Shown here piece after piece: positions 11,061 through 22,100 of a stretch of 64,000 nucleotides of DNA. Each line of letters opens with the position of its first letter. Position 1 is the stretch's first letter. The notes below the pieces were generated by a model. The model did no database searches. It was given only the letters and a program-made list of their open reading frames with translations, and was not told the origin of the DNA. Position numbers and translations under genes: made by a program. Origin of the DNA: Tubiluchus corallicola (taxonomy: Eukaryota; Animalia; Priapulida); assembly GCA_030141605.1 (NCBI GenBank), contig JAQGDQ010000266.1:62001-126000 (forward strand). The letters run 5' to 3'.

Positions 11061-12935
11061 ATATTCACATAATCCTTAAATTAATGTATAATAATAACTT
11101 GAAATCACAGGTGTCACCGTTAATGAATATTCAAAAGGTGTAATTTTTGTGAATAAATGAACCTTTCTATAAATAATGATTTAGCGTATTGTTTAGGAAG
11201 CATCACAAGGATAACCACCACACATAGTCCTTTAAACTACACTAAGATAATAATAATTATTATTATTATGGGAACCATTTCTTAAAGTTTACATATAATT
11301 ACTGAAAATCGCATATGTAAGTAAAGTATTGCTTTATTTATAACAAGGATAAAGTTGTGCAGGAATAACGGTAAGTACAAATTATCTGTTATCAAAATAT
11401 TTCAAAATCACAAATAAAAATTGCGAAAAATCAGATGTGTCGATACAGAAACAAAAAGATGGACAAACTACAGTAACCTTTTTACTTCTTCATCGCTTTC
11501 TTATTTATTAATGTAAACAGTAGATAAGGAATTTTCAAACTGTTAGCACACAGCTTTAAGTTCAGCTTTATGCTGTACTTATTTTTGTTTTTTATTTGCT
11601 TTTTTACTCTAATTCAGTGTTCCTCAACAAGTACACATTTTCCTTACTAAACAGGTTATCAGGTTAAACCAAACTTTTAAGCACTTCTCTTAAACGAAAC
11701 ATAATACTTATAACTAGCTTAGCTATATTATTTGTAATTCCCAATGAACAGTGAATCTCTAATTAGTTTTTTAAGTAATGCATTAGCATGAATTAGTTTC
11801 TCTCATGGAACATTGTTTATTTTAAGAATGTATTTTTTTCTCTAAGAGTTCCAATGGTATGTAAAGTTTACAGAATATTAGTGAACTATTAGTAGACCTA
11901 TAAAGTTATTATTTTCACATTCTTAAGAGCAATTATTAAGTTAAGATCAAAGAAGATTAAATTTTACTTCCTTAGACTTTACCACCTATCCATACTTGAG
12001 ATACCAATGTCACATTTGACTTGACATGTGTCTACATTTGACTTACCAAAAGCGCTTAAGATTTGTTGAAAACCATTGTTAACACATTTGAACCACCTAA
12101 GTCTACATTTGAGTTACCAAGACACATTTGAATTACCTGAATCTACATTTGAGTTAACGCAGGTCTACATTTGACATGTAAAACCATAGTAGAATCTTGA
12201 AGATATGGGCTGTTGTAATGTAACAATCGTTGGTTTAACTTATGTCATACCGTTTTACATTATGTACAATATTTAATTTTTAGTACTTGTATGTTTAGTA
12301 GAGCGCATCATTACCTGAGAACCTATAAAAAATAAGTTGGAATTTTGAATTATTGACACAGCTTTACATCGCTCGCTTAGTACACTGACGTGGCACCAGG
12401 GGGGTAAATTTCGTGTAAGTCTTGTGGTCGTGTAGATAATATGATGGAACAGAGTACTGTGCATATAAATTTGTCTATAAGATAAATTATAACAAAGCTT
12501 ACCAATTGTCCGTTTAAATTACAAAAATGTTAACTAAGTGTCCAGTCGACAAACTATGACAATTGTCCATTTGACAAAGAAGCCTTTGCCACCACCATTT
12601 TGTTCAATATTACTATGTTTGTTATGTATCATTATAACCGTTGCACAGTGTAACCTATTTAACTAACTGGATAAGCAGAGATAGTAGCTTTTGTAACTGA
12701 ATTTGGGGCATTCGCTTTGGAAACAATAGAATTTATAACTACACGATTCACTTAAACTATGGTTATAAAAATATTCACAGCACTAAAAAACCCAGTTCGC
12801 TCAAAACGAAAGCTGTACTGCAGCTATTACTCAGGTTAAGCATTTGTTACTCAAAGAAAATGAGCTAACAAAAACCGATTCTTGTAAAGTTTTAGAAAGT
12901 TCTATCTGGTAGCATTTTTTCTGCGGGAAATCACA

Positions 12936-13180
12936 AATATGTGTTTCTAGTTCTAGTTGTAATTATGTACAGATCTAAACAGATCTAATTCTGTTTAAAA
13001 TATGTTATTAGTTGTAGTTGCAATTATGTATAAATCTAAACAGATCTAATTCTGTTTAATATGTGTTTCTAGTTCTAGTTGTAATAATGTATAAATGTAA
13101 ACAGATCTAATTCTGTTTAATATGTGTTTCTAGTTCTAGTTGTAATAATGTATAAATCTAAACAGATCTAATTCTGTTTA
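12936..13180. repeat. ~61-bp tandem repeat, 4 copies
   Basis: Unit AATATGTGTTTCTAGTTCTAGTTGTAATAATGTATAAATCTAAACAGATCTAATTCTGTTT. Confidence 0.88.
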
Positions 13181-13375
13181 AGTGATATAGCTGCATGGCG
13201 AACCAACATTCTGCACAGATGGAAAAAAGTGTTGGTTCAAGAAGGAAGAAAAGAAAAAGAGAAAGCAGCATTTTTTGCTCATAAAAACAAATCTACAATA
13301 ATCTATTTTGTTGCAGCTAATAAGTAATGCAAAGAAAAAAATGTTAATCAGGTAGACAGGATGAGTTGGATCAAG

Positions 13376-13617
13376 TTATGATAGTAATAATTCCAAACTA
13401 AAACAGAAAAACAAATTGTAATTGAATTGAATTTGCATGGCAGCATCGTATGCAGGTGCAGGAACTTTGTTGGCGGGATTGCTAGGGTCACAGAATTCAG
13501 ATAACGTCATTTCGTGTTCGTTGTGAGGGTATGGCGGAACATGGCAATCAAATATAGAAGCCACCCACCAATCAGCCTTCAGCCACCTCATACTGCAGTT
13601 GCAATAAAGGGGGCTTC
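13376..13617 (-). CDS. LRR protein terminal exon (LRRCT + GPI-like signal)
   Basis: TTTTTCAG|GSPLYCNCSMRWLK...AAMQIQFNYNLFFCFSLELLLS*. Confidence 0.83.
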
Positions 13618-16600
13618 CTGAAAAACACAAACGAGAGGTATCAAAGTGTTGTTGATAAAAGATTGAACCTCAATGTGTTTTTTAATACAAACCGTTTTTC
13701 TTTTTCTATTTAGATTTCAGGAAAGTTAAAGCAAAACGGGATTCAATGTTAAACTGTAGGTCAAAGCCTATACCTATAGTATAAAATATTGAAAGGAAAC
13801 ATGCTATTTTTTCAAAAATGACTTACGTAAAACAATTATTACAACACAAACAATATTTCGAGTTCGTGCCACTATCTTTTCGCTGTCACATGCACTTTAC
13901 TTGCGTTGGTTAAAGGGGCGACATTTCTGAAATGCATTGCACAAAAATGCCCCTCTCAGTTCAGATGTGTTAGTTTGTGACGAACTGCACGCGTTTGACA
14001 ACTCATGCTGTCATTTGTAGCAAATTTGAAATTTAAAATTTTATCTTAAAACTTGCCTAATTTGAACACACTGAATATCTTGTAGTAGCACCGTACTTCA
14101 ATTTTCGCTTTCGCTAACACCCACAACACACTCATGGAATAATTTGATGCTAAAATTTGTTAGTTTGTGATGTCATCATTAGTGAGTTTGCCTGCTGTTG
14201 ATTAAGGTTTTAATCTATTATTTAGCATCAAAAATACTTTTGCAGTATTATTGATATTGTTACGAAGGCAGATTATGACTAACCCCTAATAATAGTAATG
14301 GGTATGGTTGAGAAGCCCAGTAATGCAAATGTACCTGTATAAAACAGAATGCATGCCGCAATTTGACTTTTCCAACCTGGCCTTTCTGTCTGTAAATGTG
14401 AATGCTGTAGGTTTGCTGATTTTTATACCAAAGTCTGTTTACATGTCATGGAGCTACTGTTTGTGCATTAAAGTTTATTTTACATTCGTACTCTTTTTAC
14501 TTTTGGCGTCTGCTGTAATGTATTTCATAACTTGTATGCCGCTCTATACATACTGAGATGGATCCGTGCTGGAATCTGGATCCGTTACACTGGTGTCAGA
14601 AGTGGGATCTGAAATTGCTGCCTGGAATGTATCGACATTACTGGTTTTTTTGAGTGCTGCATTTTGCTTTAGGCAGACAGCTTGTCTGTACTACTCGGCG
14701 TGTGTTTTGTTGACAGTTTCGTGTTTTTACATATTTTATGTTGAAAGGCAATTGAACAGCCTTTATGCGACAGGCAGGATCGGCCTTAGCTTAAACAGTT
14801 CTATGTTTTTATCGAGTTCCCAATGATACGATCTGCCTATAGCAATGTGAAAATTGAACACCACATTGCCTTTAATTCTGCCATGATTAGCAAAAGCAAA
14901 GCATAGAGTAGCGGAGTTTTTTTCATTTGAAATCTGTACCATTTTCATTTGAACATCTCTGTGTACATTATGAAAGCATTTGGGTTCGTGGAAATGCTAA
15001 AAATTTTGATCCATACAAATTAGAAGAGGGTCTTGTAAAGGTTTACCGGGAGAGGGGCACATGTACCTTAGATGTAGCAGTGAGAACGGGCTGGTTCAAG
15101 TGGTAAAGATCTAGTCAAGGAACTTTCAACTCGCCTGCTAGTAGCAAATTCAACCTCAGTAAAAATGTCCATTGATAATGGTGCGTGTTTGCTATTATTC
15201 GGTTAACGATAAACCAGTTATTGTCGAAGATTATAAACATAAACTTACCTGCTAGTAGCAAATTCAACCTCAGTAAAAATATCCATTGATAATGGTGCGT
15301 GTTTGCTATTATTCGGTTAACGATAAACCAGTTATTGTAGAAGTTTATAAACATAAACTTACCTGCTAGTAGCAAATTCAACCTCAGTAATATATCCATT
15401 GATAATGGTGCGTGTTTGCTATTATTCGGTTAACGATAAACCAGTTATTGTAGAAGTTTATAAACATAAACTTACCTGCTAGTAGCAAATTCAACCTCAG
15501 TAAAAATATCCATTGATAATGGTGCGTGTTTGCTATTATTCGGTTAACGATAAACCAGTTATTGTAGAAGTTTATAAACATAAACTTACCTGCTAGTAGC
15601 AAATTCAACCTCAGTAAAAATATCCATTGATAATGGTGCGTGTTTGCTATTATTCGGTTAACGATAAACCAGTTATTGTCGAAGATTATAAACATAAACT
15701 TACCTGCTAGTAGCAAATTCAACCTCAGTAAAAATGTCCATTGATAATGGTGCGTATTTGCTATTATTCGGATAACGATAAACCAGTTATTGTAGAAGTT
15801 TATAAACATAAACTTACCCGTTAGCTCTATTAACATATCCGTTGGATGTCTTTCAGAATGAAGTATTGGCTTCCTCAGGTACTTGATGTTAGTCTTGGTG
15901 AAGATGATGGTCCCAATGACGAAATTTATCGAAAGATCCAAGTCGGCATTCACAAGTTGCGGACAGTTACTGATGATAATTTGCCTCACGAAATTCATTT
16001 GATCAAACGCCTTTGGATGGATTCTCTTTAAATTGTTGTTATAAGAAATTGTGATGCTATGCCAGACCGAAGCATATATTGCATTTTCTCCAAGTTCTTC
16101 AATGTCAGACTTCGTGATGGTTAAGTCATTTATGTCTTTTCTTCTGAGAAACAAATCGGGCAATTGAACTTCCTTGTAGTGAGAAATTATTAGCTTACGA
16201 ATATAGCATGGAAAAGCTTCCCATATTTGTTTCAGTTTTGCAGAGAACAGTTGCTGTCCCACATCGCCACATACAGCATTGCATAGGCCAATTGGCGCCA
16301 CCTGGTGTGAATACCAGTATGTGCATTCTTTGAAGCGCACATCACAGGCATACATTTTTGCTGGTGTTGTGACTGGCTGCGCTGTAGTAGTAGTTGTTAC
16401 GTTCTCCACACAATGTGAGACGCTTTGTGCTGAAAAAGACACTTCGGGACATGTCCTTAAGCAAGGTTTGCATTTAACTTTAGCCTCATTCCAATATTTC
16501 GATAGTGCCCATTTCAGAAGACAACCACATAAAATTTCATTACCTGTAACGAAATATGACATTAAACAAAATGTGGTATGTTGACAGACATGAACTTGTA

Positions 16601-18977
16601 GCGATTGTTTGATTGTATAAGTTAGACCACGAAATAGCAACACAGAACTTTTTGCAATATTTCAGGCAAAAAACAATATAAGGTTTATATGAAGAATTTG
16701 TTAAGAACCCCAAAATGTTATCTTCATAAACAGCCAGAACTGCAGCAAAGCAAAATATAAATTATTTAACTAATACAGACTTTATTAGTTAACTATTTAG
16801 CTAATTATTTAACTAACACAGTTTTAACACAGTCAAAAATATCTGTAGTTGCAAATAGAACACACATAATCACCTTCAGACTATTTGTTAAATCTTAGTA
16901 ACTTATATATCGTCTATGATTTGAGTCTTAAGATGTTTTTTCTCAGTTGACCAGAAAGACCAGTGCACAAGTTATCGGTGTACTGTATCCACAAACACAA
17001 AAATCATGAAAACACCAAATACAACCTAACCTAAACAAGACAAACAACTAGTTGAAAACTATACGAAATGATTGTTTCTTTTTTAAATTGTACTACATTT
17101 AAACTGCAGAACATCAAATATGTTTAATATGCAGCAATTGTCGTTTTATCTGTAATAATAAATTACAGCAATGAGTTTTCAGCGAAAAAACATGATACAG
17201 GTAAATTACTAAATTAGGTTACATGATTTTCGTCTGTTATACAAAAACAGCGAAATAGCCCTAATTGTATAAAGCAGTTCAATAAAGATAATTAGACACT
17301 TACCTGTGATCTCCCTGAGTTTTGGCGCTAATAACTTGCAAAAAAAGCAATAGAAATCAACTCACAACATTCACATCATATCAACTTGAATTGCAGACCA
17401 GGTAATGTCTACCTGGGCAACTACCTGGTCACATGACTGATGACAGTTAAAGGGACAAGACCAAATTAAACAGGTAGGGAAACGTGTGTGTGCATAAGAT
17501 AAGTTGTTCTCCATTTTTTCCGTTGGTTTATTTTACTTGATGACTGATGATGAATGAGGGAAATGTTTGAATCTTCTGTAATAAGACGTCTGCTTGCCCC
17601 ACAGTGTCATTTGTGTTCCAATATTTCTTAACTAAGCTGAGACTTCCTTGTTTGAAAAGTAATTCTCTCAGTGAGGAAGTTGGAATTGTACATTTTAATT
17701 AGGTGCTGCCATCTATGGGCTATTTCTGTTACATTCTACCAGCTGACTCACTCCCAGTATAATTGTATGGTCCAGTGAATGCATATTCACTGGTTCTCTC
17801 CCTATTTTAAAGTAATGGTTGTTGTGAAGCCAGTGCAAGTCTGCATGGGTCACCTATACCTATTATATATATACTGACTGGATTTACTTTCTAGTCACTC
17901 TTAACTCTCAGTGTTCAGTGCAGCAGTCATGCTACTCATGTGTCTGTAGTTTTAATAAACACTTTTCTGTTGTGTGCAGTGCAAATATCTATTATAGATT
18001 TTTTATTCTTGTTCATACTTCTGTGCCTAAACTCAATCATAACAAAGTGAGTGACCAACAACTTCAAACATGACTTTCACACTCAGTTTTGAAATGCTTT
18101 ATTGTGACAGTGTCAAGCAGAGTTGCAAGCATTGTCACTGCACACAACATGTAGCATCTAGCACTCAACAGAAAACATATTATATATTTTTCAGAAGAGG
18201 TCTTGGCAAGCCACTAGGCAGTTTCCTTTTTTTGTCAGTTTTCTGTTATATTTTCAGGGCAGATTTTAGAATTCTTATTGTCCAATATCTATAATGATAA
18301 TAATTCCTTACCTTTCAATTCCAGTGAAATCTGCTCAGAAGGTCTCTGTGGATGCAGCTGGGGCATCCTCATCCTCTTTATCCCTGTTCGTTCTACATCA
18401 ATTAGACTTACTTCCAAATTATTGCTCAGATCTAGAGCAAGCGTTTTTAGTTTTGGGCAATCGTATATCACAATTTCGTCTACGGTATCTATTTGCTCGA
18501 AAGCATTTGAGGAGATTGCGGTTAATTTTCTGAGGCGCTTCAACATCAATGCATAATTAACAGTTCCGTATATAGATGCTTCATGAATCATTTCAATTTC
18601 AGAGTCCGCTATTTCAAGTTCGTCTATAACCTTTCCTTTTAGAAAATATTGTGGTAATTCTTTTTCCTGGTAGTTAGCAATAAAAAAATTTCGAGTCCAA
18701 ATGGGAAGTGATTGTAAGATTAATGTCAAGTCAGATTGAAAGAGTTTCTCAAAGTAACCGCATGCTACAAAGCATCCTTTGCGATCATCAAAAAATTCCA
18801 CAATAATACACTTTGATATAGCGAATCCACACACGTCATCTGTACAATTGAGAAAATCTCCAATTTTTATTTCTTTCTCTGTGTGCTTGAAAGGTGGTAT
18901 ATTGCAATCAAGTATTGAGTATTTCCAATTCTTCCTTTTTGTCCACTCCATCTTGCAATCGCAGTGCAGTGGATTTT
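13376..18977 (-). CDS. Extracellular leucine-rich-repeat protein, 5'-partial (3 exons), tandem capped LRR modules, probable GPI tail
   Basis: Exons 18977-18312 (666 nt), 16543-15818 (726 nt) and 13617-13376, all with phase-1 junctions. Each exon opens with an LRRCT motif (NPLHCDCKMEW, GNEILCGCLLKW, GSPLYCNCSMRWL). LRR strands include LTAISSNAF and LKRIHPKAF. The C-terminus is hydrophobic. No start exon was found. Confidence 0.85.
14258..14608 (+). mobile_element. LTR retrotransposon 5' fragment: LTR (14258-14589) + tRNA-Leu-type PBS
   Basis: TGTTACG...CGTTACA with internal TATAAAA and ATTAAA, followed after 1 nt by TGGTGTCAGAAGTGGGAT (14591-14608). Confidence 0.75.
15135..15817 (-). repeat. 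114-bp tandem repeat x6 (one 113-bp copy), each unit GT...AG on the minus strand
   Basis: Unit starts (minus strand) at 15817, 15703, 15589, 15475, 15362 and 15248. Confidence 0.95.
15818..16543 (-). CDS. LRR protein exon B (LRRCT + Thr-rich linker + Cys cap + LRRs)
   Basis: TTACAG acceptor and G|GTAAGT donor. Lies within the 419-aa ORF. Confidence 0.87.
17727..18044 (+). mobile_element. Possible solo LTR
   Basis: TGTTA...TAACA ends, TATA-like run near 17862 and AATAAA near 17954. No TSD. Confidence 0.3.
18312..18977 (-). CDS. LRR protein exon A (LRRCT + Cys cap + LRRs)
   Basis: TTTTAG acceptor and G|GTAAGG donor. Paralogous by eye to exon B. Confidence 0.85.
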
Positions 18978-19149
18978 CTAAAATTAGATTTAAAGAGAAT
19001 TAGAAGAACAATTTGCTTGCTAGTAGATTATCAGTAAATTCGATTAGAAAGAATGTCACTTGTATTGTGTATTGTGGAAACCTTGATTTAGGTAGTTGCT
19101 TGATCATATTATTTACTTTCACGTCACTGCCCATCGAACGATGATAACA

Positions 19150-22100
19150 GTTTCGTATTTGAGGTTCATCTAGCAGTAGTCAACGACCAAAAACGACACC
19201 TACTCAATATCGAACCGGAGTGTCGCCATATGTTTCGAAGCAGTTACTGGAACTACGCAGAGTTGGCTAAAGCTCATTATCGTAATAACACGTTCGACAA
19301 CAATGCCAAGCAAACATATGTACTGCTTTTTGTTAACTCAGGAACCAGTTCTAAAATCCGAGATTGAAAACATACTAAACAAAGCCTTTAAAGAGCTTAT
19401 CTCCAAGTTCATATAGGCCTAGTATCGTTTAGCTTGGTTTTAGACATTACTCTTAACTTTAAAGCTAGTCTGCGTAAACCTGTTATAAAACTCTTTTTTT
19501 ACTATTCTATTATGATTTTAATGATGACACTGAATAACAGAAAATTTTTAGCACTGCTGCTAGTGAATTTTTACATAATATGGCAAAATAGGCCAATCCA
19601 TCCTAACTCGTGTAAAGATTATAACGTAACAATTGTGTATACTAGTATTATAATAACAATTATCTCACCCACGTTATTACATAATAGGAAATATTTACTT
19701 CTTATAGTACTGTATTCTATACAAGCCCTTTTACTCATAACCGATATTAGTATCCTTATGATTGTTCTAAAATTAATTTACCACGCATGTGTAACGTTTT
19801 ACTGTGTAAGCTTGATACTATGCTGCTGTATTACTGCAAAAAAACTGCAAGTTAAAGTTATTTTATTTGTGTTAATAGGTACATTTTGGAAACCATACGA
19901 ATTTACTTCTTGTATCATAGTTGATATTTCTAACGTATCTTATCATAAAATTACTAAATTTATTTGTGATTATGGGAGCCTTTGTATATTTAACGCCAAA
20001 TGTCAAACAGTTAAGTTCTTTTATTGTAACTATGCTTACGTCTTAGTTATACTACGTACATTACTATCCATACTAAAACTGAAAATGATCTACGTAACAG
20101 TAATTTGTAATGTAATGACTAAAGGTAATTTAAACAAGTTTTTCATTGTTTTTCCTGTAAATAGCGATAGAATAAGACACTCTATGCAATTTATTTTAAA
20201 AAGATTTGTATCCATCTTAAAAGTTGTGTACCTCAGTGCTATAAGACAAATGCGTCATGTCAATCTAAAATACGTAGCTCTAAAAAAATTGGAAAAATTA
20301 CAGATTTCATCTAAATTTGAAAGCACTCTATACTCATGTTCTGAACTGGCTTACATTTTAACCATAATTCGTTTACTACTTATACTTGGTGGTATCGAAA
20401 CTAACCCTGGACCCATTTTGCCAAATAATAATAATAATAACACCAACAATAATAATACCAGTGATGAGCTAAAAAAATTCATGATTACTTATAAAAAGAA
20501 CATCAAATTTCTAAATATAAATATTCAAAGTCTCGTCAAAAAACGCTGGCTGCTGAAAGATACAATTCACGCCACCGAAAATCTGATTGTAGGCATAACA
20601 GAAACTTGGCTACATAAACAAATACTTAGCAACACTATAGAATTACCTAATCACACATTAATAAGAAGAGATAGATGTAAAAATAAGAAAGGTGGAGGGG
20701 TTGCAATGTATATACCTTCACACCTGAGACCACAAGAAATGAAAGGCATCAGAACCGGCAAGATTGAATCTGTTTGGTGCAGCATTGAGAACTATGTAAT
20801 AGGAACCATATATAGACCACCCAATCTCAAACACAAAACATTTTTCAAATACTTTAGTGGAGAACTAGAACGCAGTGTTTTCGAAAATAAAAAAGTTCTT
20901 ATAATGGGCGATTTCAACCTTGATATTTTAGCTACAAACACACTGGCATACAAAACATACACAGAGCTCTTAAAACAATATAATGTCCACATACTTAACA
21001 ACAATAAACCTACTCGAATTTCTAAAACATCAGCCACAGTAATCGACCATTTCATTTCGAATAGTAACAATAATTTCGTAGCATATGATACTTTCCCGTG
21101 TGATTATTCAGATCATCATTACACAATATTAGTAGATAAAATGACCCCACAGCATAATAGTAACCAAAATTCAGTCTGGCATTTAATGAGAGACTACGCC
21201 CAATACAACAAACATTCATACTTAATCGACTTAGCAAAAATGAACTGGACCTCCATATATATGACTGATAAAATAGATACACAAGTTAATATTCTGACAT
21301 ATAATGTCGAATATTGCCTTATTGTACATGCACCATATAAAAACGTAAAGCAAATCCCACAACAAAGCAAACTCAATAACGAAAGTACCTGGACAACACC
21401 TGAACTTGACAAACTAAGAATAGCGAAAAACAGAATGTATAATATATGGGAAAAGAACAAAACTAAAAACAATCATAACAATTATAAAAAAAAGAGAAAT
21501 CAATTTAATAATCTTAATAAATGCTTGAAAAATAAACATATACAACAACAATGTAAAAACGCAACAAATACCAAAGAAAAATGGAAAATTATTAACAATG
21601 TAATAAATAAATGCCGTAACAAACTAACGCGTGTTGACGAAATTAAGATCAACAACACTGTTATTACAAAACCCAAAGATATTGCCAGCACGCTAAATGC
21701 AATATTCCTGAATCTTGGAAATTTTAAGGGAGTGGCTTCTCATATTAGCAATAATATCATTAATAAATTAAAAAACAAATCGTCTAACACAGTATTCTCA
21801 TTCAAAAGCGTCACAGTAGGAGAAATTAACGACATATTAAATAACCTAAGTTCCAACAAAGGGAGTGGACCATCAGATATTCCTATCAAAATTCTAAAAG
21901 ATAGTGCATCTGTAATAGCCCCGCATATGACTTACATTGCTAATCAGATAATTATGAGAGGCGAATTTCCAACGGTATGTAAAATGGCAAACGTGACTCC
22001 AATCCATAAAAAAGATCCAAAATGTGATCCCATGAATTATCGCCCAATTTCCGTAATCCATTGTTTCGGCAAAGTTTGGGAAAGGGTAATTTATGATCAG

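Noticed and set aside
15115-16643. 419-aa and 94-aa ORFs as single-exon proteins
   Set aside because: The core exon is 16543-15818. The remainder is read-through into the intronic 114-bp array.
17304-17380. Strong minus-strand donor CAG|GTAAGT with a signal-peptide-like stretch between LRR exons
   Set aside because: In-frame stops lie just upstream and there is no convincing acceptor or ATG.
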